Source: Octopus vulgaris (taxonomy: Eukaryota). Taken from it: a stretch of 64,000 nucleotides of DNA. Both the position numbers and the translations under genes were made by a program. This document shows positions 42,841 to 55,623 of this stretch, one piece after another. The first letter of the stretch is position 1. Every line of letters begins with the position of its first letter. The DNA lies in NCBI GenBank assembly GCA_951406725.2, contig OX597828.1, forward strand, positions 11,160,001 through 11,224,000, given 5' to 3'. The notes beneath the pieces were generated by a model. That model saw only the letters and a program-made list of their open reading frames with translations. It did no database searches and was not told the origin of the DNA.

Positions 42841-43254
42841 GATTACTGATACCCCTGTGGCAAATGAAAATTTATTATTATTATTATCATCATCATCATC
42901 ATCATTATGAAAGGTATTTTTTCCATTTTATTTGTGCTTTTGCCGTTGATTTTTGTTGTTTACGGGGTCTGAGACTCGGCTGGATACCCGTTCGCTTTTT
43001 ATGTCGATTTTGTTCTAGATGTTGTTTGTTATTTTATGTTTGCGTAAACAAACGCCTTCGAAAAATTCTTGTCAGATTCCTTGCCTACGAACATCATTGC
43101 AGTTTCGCTATCCGCCCAGTGTTGCATGTACGTCTATACGTGTTAGATTACATAAAAAAGAATAACATAACGGCGGTGATCTGGGATAAAGTTTTGTGGC
43201 ACACTAGCAGGCATAAGCAGTCGATACTCAGAATGAAATAATTGAAGTGCATTG

Positions 43255-43932
43255 GTTTTATTGATTTCAAATTTCGGGACAAGGCCTGTAATATCCGGGG
43301 AGGAGGAAGTCGATTATATAGACCCCTTTGTTCAACTTGTACTTATTATATGGACCTCGCAAGGATGAAATGCAAAGTCGACCCTCAGTGGAATTTTGAA
43401 CTCAGAACTGAAGACGGACGAAATTCTGCTTAGCATTTTGTCCGGAATACTGACGATTTTGCCAGCTCGTCGCCTTGTGCAATGGTAATATTTTCATGGA
43501 AGTTATAGAAACCTTCCATACCATTAAACTGGCAGTCTAAATGCTTTGCAGTATTTTCTCCATCTATACTTTCTGGCTTGAAATTCCGGCCAGTTCATCG
43601 TTGCTTTCTTTCTTCCAAAGTCGTTAAAATACGTACCAGTTAAACACTGGCATCGATCTAACCAACAAAATGTAAGGTCTTGTGGCTATAATAAAAATAA
43701 TTATTTCTTTCTCATTAAGGGCAGTGAGCTGCTCTGAGCGTCGGACAACACACTTTGCGGCATTTCTTGCAGCTTTTCAAGTTGAGTTCAACATACACCG
43801 TGATTACCTTTACATTTCATTCTTCCAGAGTAATAAATTAAAGTACCAGCCAGGTGCTCGGATTGACTGTATCTTCCAACCTCCAATTCTTTAAAAAAAA
43901 TCACTGGCCTTGTGCTTAAATTAAAAACCGTT
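43255..43932. mobile_element. Three old SINE A copies (one minus, two plus)
   Basis: GGATGAAATGCAAAGTCGACCCTCAGTGGAATTTTGAACTCAGAAC (-) and diverged TAAATTAAAGTACCAG / TAAAATACGTACCAG cores (+). Confidence 0.7.
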
Positions 43933-44544
43933 ATTTCTTGTTCATTGGTTATTCTAACACAGCTATTAACAGATACTCTTATTCTTCCCTCATTAATCTG
44001 TCAACTGCAAATACTCTTTTATGCTATACTATTTACTCTTTATTCTCACTAGTTACTCTTCCTTAGACATTACGTAATACTCAACGTAATACTCCACTAC
44101 AGATATTAACCTATACTCCGATTACTTCATCCGCATTAATTGCTCTGCCGTACTTATTGGAGTACACTCCTTGCTCTTTTCTCTTCATTAATTACGACGC
44201 TTTTAACCGATACTCTTCATGGTTTCCTCCTTATTAATCACTCTACAGCAGATATTAATCAGATATCAATCCTTCTCAATCTATCTCATCAAGTACTCTA
44301 CCACAAATATTAACTTATTCTCCAAATATTACCTACCATTGATAATAAATTGTATTTGTGTATGCGTGCATGTATGTGTGTATGTGAGTGTATATGTTTG
44401 TGTGTGTGAATGTCTGCTGTGACTGTATGTGTGTGTGTGTGTGAGTGTGTAGGAATGTGCAAACATATGTTTGTGCGAGTATATATTTACTGTGCATGTC
44501 TGTGAGTGATTAATAAATTCGTCATTAATATATTCCAGTGTTCG

Positions 44545-45520
44545 GGCGGCGAGCTGGCAGAACCGTTAGTACGCCGGGCGAAATGCTTAGAGGTATTTCG
44601 TCTGACGTTACGTTCTGAGTTCAAATTCCGCCGAGGTCGTCTTTGCCTTTCATCCTTTCGGGGTCGATTAAATAAATACCAGTTACGCACCGGGGTCAAT
44701 GTAATCGACTTAATCCGTCTGTCTGTCCTTGTTTGTACCCTCTGTATTTAGCCCCTTGTGGGTAGTAAAGAAATAGGTACTTCGTCTGCCGTTATGTTCT
44801 GAGTTCAAATTCCGCCGAGGTCGACTTTGCCTTTCATTCTTTCGGGGTCAATTAAATAAGTACCAGTTACGCACTGGGGTCGATGTAATCGACTTAATCC
44901 CTTTGTTTGTGATTGCTTGTCCTCTCTGTTTGGCCCCTTGTGAGTAGTAAAGAAATAGGTATTTTGTATACCGTTACGTTGTGAGTTCAAATTCCGCCGA
45001 GGTCGACTTTGCCTTTCATCATTTCGGGGTCGATAAATTAAGTACCAGTTACTCACTGGGGTCGATGTAATCGACTTAATCCCTTTGTCTGTCCTTGTTT
45101 GTCCTCTCTGTGTTTAGCCCCTTGTGGGTAGAAAAGAAATAGGAATTTCGTCTGCCGTTACGCTCTGAGTTCAAATTCCGCCGAGGTCGACTTTGCCTTT
45201 CATCTTTTCGGGGTCGATAAATTAAGTACCAGTCACGCACTGGGGTCGATGTAATCGACTTAATTCCTTTGTCTGTCCTTGTTTATCCCCTCTATGTTTA
45301 GCCCATTGTGTGCAATAAAGAAATAAGAATCATTAGCACGCAGGGTAAACGCTTAGGGGCAGTTCGTCCGTCTTTGCGTTCTGTGTTCAAATTCCTTCGA
45401 TGTCGTCATCTTTCATCTTTTCGGTGTTAATGAAATAAGTTCCAGTTGAGCTCTGAAGTCAAAATAATCGACTTTACCCCCTTTCCCGAAATTGCTGGCT
45501 TCGTGCCGAATTTGAAATAA
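44545..45520 (+). mobile_element. SINE A tandem array: four long-tail units plus an older short-tail unit
   Basis: ~180-bp units repeat at AAAGAAATAGG(T/A)A(T/C)TT(C/T)G junctions (~44770, 44950, 45135); final junction AATAAAGAAATAAGAATCATTAGCAC. Confidence 0.93.
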
Positions 45521-46157
45521 ATATGCACCATCGTCAGCTGCCACATCCTCGCTAATTAGATGTTTCATTATCACTTGACAAAGGTGACTAAACCTGTTAG
45601 AAACAGCACTTAAATAAATCCCCCACCAAATGACACTCCACTGACGTAAAGGTTAAAAATAAAGAACACATTCAGTGATGTATTCCGATGTATATTGTGC
45701 CTGAAAAATATATCGGCTGTTCACAACTAGAGTTCCTTTGATTGGAGCAACAACTACAATAAGAACAAGTCGATATTTAGAAACCAATATTTTAGAACTT
45801 TGAAGAATATCTTTAGCGAAAGATATTCTCGAAAAAAAATATATATATATCTTTAGCGAAAGAATATTCTCGAGAAGATATATATATATAAACAGTAATA
45901 TTATAATGCTCTGTCTGATATATTTGGGTTGTTGTTTAGCCCCCAGTCTGCTTTGATAAAAAAGACTAACTGGGTTGGAATTACTTTGATCATAAGATGA
46001 AAGATATTCTAGTCATGTGTGTCTCAACTATGATTCGGGTACAGTGTCACGCTGACTATATTATCTTTTTTATGTTGCTTCTTTGATATGTGTGAGTGCC
46101 TGTGTGAGAGAGAGCGCGTGTATATGTGTGTGTGTGTCTGTGTGTGTGTGTGTGTGT

Positions 46158-46516
46158 AGGAGCGGCCATGACTGTATGGTTAAGGAGCTCAATTTCCAAT
46201 CACATGATTTCCGGTTCGATCCCATTATGCGGTACCTCTGGCAGAGAACTTCTATTATGGACCTGGGCGGAACAATGTCTCAGTGAATTTTGTCGACAGA
46301 AACTGTGGAAACCTGTCATGTGTGTGTGTGTGTGTGTCCCACCACCACTGCTTAGCAACCGGTAAGGTTTTGTTTGCGACCCGTATATAAGCAATTTGCC
46401 AAAGTACACGAGGGAATATGTATCAGGCTTAAAAATAAATGCTGGCTTCGAGGTTCTCCTCTAAACCCTTCGAGGCTGTATCTCAGAATAGTCGTAGGCA
46501 GTAGACTAAAACAAGT

Positions 46517-46520
<4 letters not shown>
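46158..46520 (+). mobile_element. Diverged SINE family B
   Basis: TGACTGTATGGTTAAGGAGCTC..GGTTCGATCCC head, CAGAAACTGTGG, (TG)n, 3' GACTAAAACAAGTCAAAG. Confidence 0.7.
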
Positions 46521-46588
<68 letters not shown>

Positions 46589-46604
46589 CATACATATACA
46601 TACA

Positions 46605-47166
46605 TTGGGTTGTCCGGAAAGTTCGTGCCGATTTATTGTAGCTTACCTTTCGACTTATTTTAAAACATGGTTGAGTCCATAAAATACGATTTGACTACAC
46701 CTCCATTTAGAGCACAGTTTAAGCTATCTTTTCGTGGAAGAAGGTTTATGTTCCTATAAACTTTGTTAAGTCTGTAACCTTTAAAAATGGAAGATAAGAA
46801 AGTTCATTTTCGGCACTTGATGCTTTGGGAACCAGACAAAAATTGCTGCAGCTCGGCTGGGATTTGTTACCCCAACCTCCATATTCACCAGATATTGCTC
46901 CTTCGGATGCCCACTTATTCTGCTCACTGCAGGATAGTTTTAATGGTAAAAATTTCAATTTCTTAGATGACGTAAAAAGATATCTTGATGAATTCTTTGC
47001 CATGAAACCATCTCAATTCTGGGAAGAGGGTATTTTCAAGTTAAAGGAAAGATGGAGACGCATTGTACAACAAAATGGTTCATATTTGGTTGATTAAAAA
47101 TGTAATGGTAAGTATTCATTGACCTTTTTCTTTTCTCTAAATATCGGCACGAACTTTTCGGACAAC

Positions 47167-47170
<4 letters not shown>
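46605..47170 (+). mobile_element. Internally deleted non-autonomous mariner (~565 bp)
   Basis: TIRs TTGGGTTGTCCGGAAAGTTCGTGCCGAT / ATCGGCACGAACTTTTCGGACAACCCAA-TA; N-terminal MEDKKVHFRHLML fused to TRQKLLQLGWDLLPQPPYSPDIAPSD. Confidence 0.93.
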
Positions 47171-47219
<49 letters not shown>

Positions 47220-47244
47220 CTGATCAACCACACATGCTTAACAT

Positions 47245-47830
47245 ATAGGTGATCTGTTAAATAAGTATTCGGACTGTTGCCATTGTAACGAAGTTAAAGC
47301 ACGCACTGTAAAGCCGCTTGATATAGCTTGACCTTGAACTCTGCTGTGCATGCGTACGAAAGTTTAATGTTCTAACTCACTCCCGCTGTTTACAGCAGTG
47401 CTTGGAAGGAAAGTGTGTAGCGTGTGATAGCCGCATTGACCATGACAGAGAAAGTTGAGCAGAGAATCTACATCAAATTTTGCCAAAAGGTTTGCGATAC
47501 CTGTTCAGTAGTCTACGCAAAGTTTTCAATAAGTTTTCATCGTTCTTGACACAATCAAGATCTTGTGCAACTGAAACCCGGACGTCTTTTTTCTTTTTGT
47601 CAGCTGAAAGCAGTTTTGGTACAAACTTAGCAGGTATGCGTCTCATACCGATGTTGATTCGACGATTTCCCCTCACAGCTACACGCACATCTGTGATGTT
47701 TTTCCTCATTTCTGCTGGTTGCTGGTCTCCCAGAACGTTAATCAATATCGACATTTTTTTCGGCCAACTTGGAAATGTTTGAACCACTTGTAAACTTGTG
47801 TGCGACTGATGTGCTCCTCTCCATACACTT
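47245..47830 (+). mobile_element. Left end of a different mariner with an internal inversion
   Basis: TIR-like GATCTGTTAAATAAGTATTCGGACT; MTEKVEQRIYIKFCQK on + (47442); continuation YGEE..VYKWFKHF..RSGRP..AKFVPKLLS on - (47525-47830). Confidence 0.85.
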
Positions 47831-47863
47831 ACGCTTCACTCCTTTTTCTCTACGGTTAATAGA

Positions 47864-48187
47864 GTGAAGGTGCGTGACCCCAATGGCTAGGGGCATTTGA
47901 GTCACGATCGTAAAGTCATGAGTGCGATTCCCGGCGGCACGCTGTGTTTGTGAACAAGGTCCTCTACTTCACTTTACTGCAGTTCACTCAGCTGGCAAAA
48001 ACGAGTTTAACTGCAATTCAGAGAGGCCAGCCTTGTCACATTCTGTGTGAGGCTGAATCTCCCTGAGAACTACGTTATGGAATGCATGTCTGTGGAGTAC
48101 TCAGCCACTTGCGCGTTAATTTTACGAGCAGACTGTTCCGTTGATTAGATAAACGGGAACCTTGTCGTCGTAAGCAACGGAGTGCCA
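47864..48187 (+). mobile_element. Chimeric SINE: E-type head/core with C-type tail
   Basis: CAGTTCACTCAGCTGGCAAAAACGAGT core, then GGCCAGCCTTGTCAC..CTGAGAACTACGTT..CGGAGTGCC; second fragment at 48445-48592. Confidence 0.8.
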
Positions 48188-48682
48188 TTTTTTAAAAAAG
48201 GGTTAAAGAAAAGGAAAGCTTCCATACCGTAAGGCAAAAATGTCACGTGTTTAGTATAAGCAGTGAAAACTAAGACGGAATAATTGCTATTCCGTCTTGT
48301 GATCACCCTCGACTCTCAGTTTGACAACAACAGCTGTTAGGACTGGATCAACACCCTTAGTGACCCAAACGACTAAAAAGATTTTCCTGCCCCTATATAG
48401 GATCTTTTTCATCTTCTTCCAACCACCTGAAGATTTATCTTGCTCCAGTCCACTAGGCTGAACAAAATGAGTTGTAGCTGTAATTCAAACGGGACAGCCT
48501 TGTCATATTCTAAGTGAGGCTGAATCTCCCTGAGAACTACGTTAATGGTATGCATGTCTGTGGAGTACTCAGCCACTTGCGAGTTAATTTTATCCTCATG
48601 TGGTAATAAAAAGTGAAGGGGGCATCCAATATTTGCTGTAGTTACTTGTCTCTTCGATTTAACAATGAGTCTATGTTTCTAT

Positions 48683-48775
48683 ATATCAAATTTCCTTCCA
48701 ATCTATGAATCAACTTTTCTTCCGATCTATATATCAACGTTTCTTTCGATTTATGTATCAACTTTTCTTCCGATG
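48683..48775. repeat. 24-bp minisatellite, ~4 units
   Basis: ATCAACTTTTCTTCCGATCTATAT variants in tandem. Confidence 0.8.
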
Positions 48776-48952
48776 TATTGGTATCTGAGTACGTATCACC
48801 ATCACAACTTTCTCTGTCAATGCGACGATCAAACGCTACACACCTACCTTCCAAGTACTGCTGTAAACAACGGAAGTGAGATGAAACGTTAAAACTTAGT
48901 ACTCATGCACAGCAGGGTTTAAGGTCAATCTGTACCAAGTGACTTCACTCTA

Positions 48953-49335
48953 TAGGTGTGTGGTAAGAACCCTGCTTACCAACCACATGTTTCAAGGTTC
49001 AGTCCTACTGCGTAGCACATTGGACAAGTGTTTACTACAATAGCTTCGGGCCGACCAAAACGTTGTGAGTGGATTTGGTAGACGGAAACTGTAAGAAGCC
49101 TGTCGTATTTTATATATTTATATATTTGTGCCTTTGTTTACGTCCCCCACTCCGCAACCATCGCTTCGCAACTGATGTTAGTGTGTTTATGTCCCTGTGA
49201 CATAGCGGTTCAGCAAAAGATACTGATAGTATAAGTACTAGGCTTACAAAGAATAAGTCCTGAGGTCGATTTATTCGACCAAAGGTGGTGCTCCAGCATG
49301 GCCGTAGTCAAATGACTGAAACAAAACAAAAGAAC
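48953..49335 (+). mobile_element. SINE family B, near full-length
   Basis: GTGTGGTAAGAACCCTGCTTACCAACCACATG..GGATTTGGTAGACGGAAACTG..GGTGCTCCAGCATGGCCGTAGTCAAATGACTGAAAC. Confidence 0.9.
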
Positions 49336-49929
49336 ATATATAATAGTGGAAATTCAGATTACAGCGAGAATGTCTACTACCAATCAGATTGGTTCTGCCT
49401 TCTTTCAAAAGAAGATAGCCGGCACCAACACCAGCTTGTCCTGAAACCCGGACTGTGGATGTAGAAATTTTTGTGTCCTGAAGAAGCTGCAAGTAACTTA
49501 TATAGTTATATGAAAACAAGGAGAAAGTTCATAAAAATGATATTAATAGAAAAGATCAAAGAAAAGTTGACCTTTCATATATATATATATAAGTATGTGT
49601 GTGTGTATGTATACTAACATATGTATACTAACATACGTATATGCATGTGTACGTTCACACTTACACACAAAAGCATGCACATTCATACAAATACACACAC
49701 ACATGTACGCATGCACATAGATAGATAGATACATACATACATAGACTTTGAGGTCATTAATGGTTGCTTATGTCAACATATATAACAAGAATTTAACATT
49801 AAATTGAAGGATTACTCAATACATTTTAGTAAGGTAAATGTTTATGAAGTTTTTCAAAGAAAATCATAACAGTGATTTCGAAGTTTCATACTGATTTTTA
49901 TTTGGTTTCATTTTGGCTACACGTTGTCT

Positions 49930-50300
49930 TTTACAAGTTGAGTTATTTGTGGAAAATGGCGCTACATGAACGATAATTTGGTCTGGTGTTAGAAAACAGT
50001 GAAAGTAGTTGTTCACGCAGAAGGAATATAGAAGGATAGGTGTTTGTGGGGTGTGAGTTGGTCAAAAGAGATGTTGAGATTTATTTTGGTTTGATAGAGG
50101 AATTTTTTTATTTTCCATCAGATGTGAATATAAGACAGATGTCTCAAATTCAGTTCACACTTTTCGTTGCATGGAAAAGTGTTTTACGTTGTTTCAATGT
50201 TCATAGAAGGATGTTTGGAAGGATGCTTGATAAACCAGTTAGTCATAAAGTATAGAATCGGTGTTGGTATTATTAGATTTCTGATAGGACATTTTGAACT
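49930..50300 (-). mobile_element. Possible decayed Penelope GIY-YIG 3' region
   Basis: Fragmentary similarity to FKxRFxxHxxS..TEL..W.L and terminal CRH motifs; heavily disrupted. Confidence 0.3.
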
Positions 50301-50471
50301 ATGCATTTTGAGAAGTTTAGAAGTGATGAGGAGATGCCACTATACATACGTATGTATGTAAGTATGTATGTATGCTTGCATGTATGTTAGGCATATATGC
50401 ATGTATGTATCCATATATATTATATAACATATATATCCACTCACACATATATATATAGATATATAAACGAT

Positions 50472-50780
50472 AAACGTCGCCCTTTTCAAGCCTAGCCAGG
50501 CTCATGGGTCCGGTTTCCCGGTTTCTGCGGCGTATGTGTTCCCTCCAGCTGGACAGGACGGCAGTCCATCGCAGCGTTACTCAAGAAACAGGAAGAAAGA
50601 GTAAGAGAAAGTTGTGGCGAAAGAGTACAACAGCGGTAACCACGAACCCCTGCCAGAACCTCGTGGAGCTTTTAGGTGTTTTCGCTCAATAAACACACGC
50701 AACGCCCGATCTAGGAATCGAAACCGCAGTCCTCCGACCGCGAGTCCGCTGCCCTAACCACTGGGCCATTGAGCCTCCAC
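50472..50780 (-). mobile_element. SINE C head with a second alternative tail
   Basis: Family C head to CTTCCTGTTTCT, then GCTGCGATGGACTGCCGTCCTGTCCAG..GAAACCGGG tail. Confidence 0.85.
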
Positions 50781-50782
50781 AT

Positions 50783-50856
<74 letters not shown>

Positions 50857-51423
50857 TCTAATATATATATGCACATACATGTGCACGCGTATGTCTGTGT
50901 ATGCGTGTATGTATTTTGCACGGGTAACTAGCATGGTATCTCTTAGTACAGAAAAATGTATCTAACGGAGATATAATTATTTTGTATTGCAGATATTTTG
51001 AAAATCTAGCAGTTACTTAAGTTTTAGTGTTCACGACCGTCATATGAAAATTGGGGTAACTAGTATGCAATCGAAAGCCGTTTGGATAGGGTAAACCATA
51101 AAGATTTAAGTATTTGTCTAAATATGACGCCATAATATGTGAAATATTTGTGTGTAGTATTGAGTGGAGAAATCCTTTAAATTTGTTGAATATTCTGTGG
51201 ATATTTAAGTAATGTTAGAGACTTGAGGAGGAATAAAATTTTTTCTGGAACTTTTTGCGTTACTTTATTTTTTATTTAATTTTAAGGTAAATAATCGTAA
51301 TATACAAATCAAAAGCAGCGGTTAAATGAAATTAGTAGTGAAATGGAAGCAAAATAATTCAATAAGCAGAAAATTAATTCAGAAAAGCAGAGCAAAAAAA
51401 AACAGCTCTCCCTCTCTCTTTCA

Positions 51424-51464
<41 letters not shown>

Positions 51465-51539
51465 ACTTTCTCTGTCTTTTTCTCTCCTCATATATATGTA
51501 TATGCGTGTGTGTGTATATATATATGCAAAACTATAAAC

Positions 51540-51927
51540 GTACATACATACATATATACATACATACATACATACATACATACATACATAGACCCATACA
51601 TACCTGCATACATACATCCATGCATGCATAAATACATACATACATGCAAGTATATAAAAATACATGCATGCATGCATGCATCTATACATACATATATACA
51701 AGCATACAAACATACATACATACAAACATACATGAATGCATACAAACATACATACAGACATACATGCATACATACAGGCATACATACATACATGCATACA
51801 TACATACATATATACATACATACATAGATACATACATACATGCATGCATGCATGCATACATACATACATACATACATACATACATACATACATACATACA
51901 TACATACATACATACATACATACATAC
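51540..51927. repeat. (TACA)n/(TGCA)n microsatellite
   Basis: Direct inspection; source of MYVC ORFs. Confidence 0.97.
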
Positions 51928-52485
51928 CTCTTAAACAATAATCATTCAGAAGAATTTTTAACTGCTTAAGTCAATAAAATTTCACAAATGTCCACAAAAA
52001 TTTTCAATATATTTTCCAAGGAATTTTTTTTTCCACAATACTACGCAATAATCCTTCAAATATTAGAGACTATCTTTTAATCAAATATTTAATTCCCAAA
52101 TGCCTTATTCCGACTACGATGCCTCTGATGCCTCACCATCACTCCACTTCTTACGCCCTGACAAGATGCTACTTTTAATATCTATTTTATATTTTCTGTA
52201 TATCTCCATTCCTCAATTTGCTAACCATCCTAAATGTAATGGCTGGTAGTACGGTACATGATTTAGTATCCACAATTCAAATGATAGACTTATTTGCGTA
52301 CCTGTAATCATTGGTGAATTAAGTTATATTACTAAATGTCTTAGACAAAAGTTTGGATCTTATGAAAAATCATAAAGTCACCAATTCTCACGTACTTTGC
52401 TACTTGAGTTTGTGAGCTACATCGCAAAAGGAGCAAGACCTTACTGAAATAGAACATATAAGTATTTACCATAAATACTCTCTAA

Positions 52486-52705
52486 ATTCTGTTATGTCTG
52501 GAGAGAGTCATTTTCTCTTTGTGCCTTATAATTTAACACACTCACCGTTAAAATTTCCACTATTTCATTACTCTATTGAAAAGGTTGCAAGACGCAACGA
52601 AAATTTTAGGAAAATAAAAATAAGAAATAAGGGGAAATTTTACCGGTGAGTGTGTTACATTATAAGGCACTAAAAGAAAATTACTATCCCCAGACACAAC
52701 AGAAT
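52486..52705. mobile_element. Inverted Penelope-type terminal repeat with a minimal hammerhead between the arms
   Basis: Arms 52486-52566 and 52624-52705; CTA-TTGAAAA-g-GTTGC-aagac-GCAAC-GAAA-AT-TT-TAG at 52573-52609. Confidence 0.7.
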
Positions 52706-53218
52706 ATGCTTCAACACACGAACTCAGATAAAGAATCTTGCAAACCAAATCCAAAAACGAAATATTGTCTAAATGCTTTCCTAGAAATCACCCTGCTGTA
52801 ATTTTTATAGGAAAGAATAAAAGAATACATAAAAAAACGAACATATATATACACATGTATAAATGTGTAAGTGTAAATCTATGGATGTATGTGTGTGTGA
52901 GCGTGTTTGAGCGTTTGTGTGTGTTTTGATGGAAGTGCATCTGTATTTGCATGTATGTGAATGTGTGTGGGCGCACACGTGTGCGAGTGTGTTTAGTTTT
53001 GTCTATGCATGTCAACATTTACATATATACAACCGTCCATATACACACACGCATAAATATATATATATATGTACCCTTATATTTCAATATATGTGTGTAT
53101 GTCCTTATGCATATATGTATATATACATACACACGCATACACACACACACATGCACACACATACACACACATCTATATACAGCGAAAGAGAGATAGCTAG
53201 ATATAAAAATAGACAGAC

Positions 53219-53295
<77 letters not shown>

Positions 53296-53325
53296 CAGAC
53301 AGATAAATAGATAGATAGACAGATA

Positions 53326-53927
53326 ACTTTCTTTATTGGCCACACAGGGCTGAAATATAGAGGGGACAAATATAAATGTAGAGCTTTTCTTTTCGAATAT
53401 GGTAAAAGAAAAAGGAAACAAAAAAGGAAACATATGTAAAATCCGATCAAAAGGGATCGGAAGAAAAAAAATGCGATCGAAAGGGATCGTGTATCACAGA
53501 AACAAATGTTTTAACAGTAAGAAACATGATTAGGTTTATCCGTGGGAAGAAAAGCCTACAGAAAAGACCACGGTAACTTCAGTTAGGGAAGATATAAACA
53601 CATGAGAGCAAAGTGCTTTCTCTCTCTCTTTTACGATTTACAGGATCATGCTCAGAGTGGTTTCGTCACTCGCACGCACCACCTTTGCTACATTCACTCA
53701 CCTTTTTTTGAAACTTTCGTGAGACAAAATCTGCCTCTCCATTCTCAGCTTCCTGTTCAAGTGGTACTTGAAGAAGTTGATGAGTGATTGGTCAGAAAGG
53801 TAAGTGTTTGTCTCTAATCCTTTCGCTCGGGTCCACCACACACATTCTTTCACCATGGCCACCTGTACGATGAAAACTGCCTTGCCTTCCCGGTTGAGGA
53901 AGGGGGGCGGAGCAATTTTCACGATAG
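53326..53927 (-). mobile_element. L1/Tx1-like LINE 3' end inserted in (GATA)n
   Basis: ORF end ..VAMVKECVWWTRAK..LINFFKYHL..(AKxxIWxxRN-like), pyrimidine-rich 3' UTR, AATAAA; (GATA)n on both flanks; clade call is inference. Confidence 0.65.
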
Positions 53928-53941
53928 ATAGATAGACAGAC

Positions 53942-54018
<77 letters not shown>

Positions 54019-54087
54019 TATTAACTCCCGTTAAAGCACACTTCTGACAGGAAAAGGTGCTCTTTGCAGTTATTTGTACAATCTTAT

Positions 54088-54412
54088 AAGTTAAGTTAAG
54101 TTAAGTTAAGTTGGGCTCAAAAAGCAAAAAGCAAGGCCATGTAGGGGGACATGGAGTTATGCACAGAGGTGTTCATGCGAAGAGTTCAGGCCATTTCTGG
54201 TCAAGAGAGACTTTGAACCGAGCAGTCGTCGGCATCTTCACTATCTCGTCCGGCAGCTTATTCCACGGATCCGCAACCCGGACGGAGAAAGCCCCTCTAC
54301 TTCGATTGAGATGAAATCGTCGCAGATAGAGCTTTTCGCAGTGACCCCGCAGCCCACGCTCTGGAGCAGGAGTGAAGAACAGCTCTTTCGAGAGGTTACA
54401 CTTTCCGCTTAT
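54088..54412 (-). mobile_element. CR1-clade LINE 3' end with (AACTT)n tail
   Basis: LRGHCEKL..AFSVRVADPWNKLPDEIV..FKVSLD, typical CR1 ORF2 C-terminus. Confidence 0.9.
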
Positions 54413-54789
54413 ATTTTATACTACGTGATATTAGAAAAACGTGAACTCATACTCTCACCATGGTGTATAATAACAGCGTAACAGGAAATACATCATATAA
54501 TTATATAAAACATAAATATACATTGAATATAATTAATACTGTAAATTGTTAATTTCATTCACTTAATATAAAACAGTTGATTTAAATTATAAATTAATTA
54601 AATAATGGTTTCAAATCTCAGCACATGGACAAGTTCGTGTAAGTCAATTTTAGAAACCCTAGTTTTCAACAGGTCATTATTTTATTGACACTGAAAGAAA
54701 TGAAAAGCAAGGTCGAGCCGGGTGGAATTTGAACTAAGTATATTGCTAAGTATATTGCGGTCGAGCTTACGATTCTGCCAGTTGACGAC

Positions 54790-55177
54790 GTGGAGGCGCA
54801 ATGGCCCAGTGGTTAGGGCAGCGGACTCGCGGTCATAGGATCGCGGTTTCGATTCCCACACCGGGCGTTGTGAGTGTTTATTGAGCGAAAACACCTAAAA
54901 GCTCCAGGAGGCTCCGACAGGGATGGTGGTGATCCCTGCTGTACTCTTTCACCACAACTTTCTCTCACTCTTACTTCCTGTTTCTGTTGTACCTGTATTT
55001 CAAAGGGCCGGCCTTGTCACTCTCTGTGTCACGCTGAATATCCCCGAGAACTACGTTAAGGGTACACGTGTCTGTGGAGTGCTCAGCCACTTGCACGTTA
55101 ATTTCACGAGCATGCCGTTCCGTTGATCGGCTCAACCGGAAACCTCGTCGTCGTAACCGACGGAGTGCTTCCTCTCC
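54790..55177 (+). mobile_element. SINE family C nested in the head of an old SINE A (54606-55196, minus)
   Basis: 16-bp TSD TCTGCCAG(T/C)TGACGAC at 54774-54789 and 55178-55193. Confidence 0.93.
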
Positions 55178-55281
55178 TCTGCCAGCTGACGACCTTATGA
55201 AATTAATTAATATCATATTAGATAAACGTTTTAAACAAGTAAATAACTGCATAAGATTTAAAATTTTATTTACCTGTGGTA

Positions 55282-55363
55282 CCTGTCTGACGAGTTACGA
55301 AGCTACCCGTTATTACCTGTCATACTTTCGATAGCCAGTATGCCTAGTAAAACTGGTTGCAGG
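55282..55363 (+). ncRNA. Degenerate hammerhead motif
   Basis: CCTGT-CTGACGA-[long stem II]-AAAA-CTGG-TT-GCAGG; G12 lost. Confidence 0.4.
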
Positions 55364-55556
55364 CCATCTCAATTTTTTATTTCAACAACACGAGTTTTAT
55401 TACCATAGGATCACACATAGAAACAGGCATAGAATATCTCAAAAACACACATATACATAAACACCCACCCAAATATACACGTATGTATATACACACACAT
55501 TTCTATACTTATCTCTATATTGATAGTAACAGGGGGAGTTAGATAGACAGATAGAA

Positions 55557-55623
<67 letters not shown>

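Noticed and set aside
44545-45330. Regularly spaced repeats superficially like a CRISPR array
   Set aside because: Units are fully repeated SINE monomers without unique spacers; eukaryotic context, no cas genes
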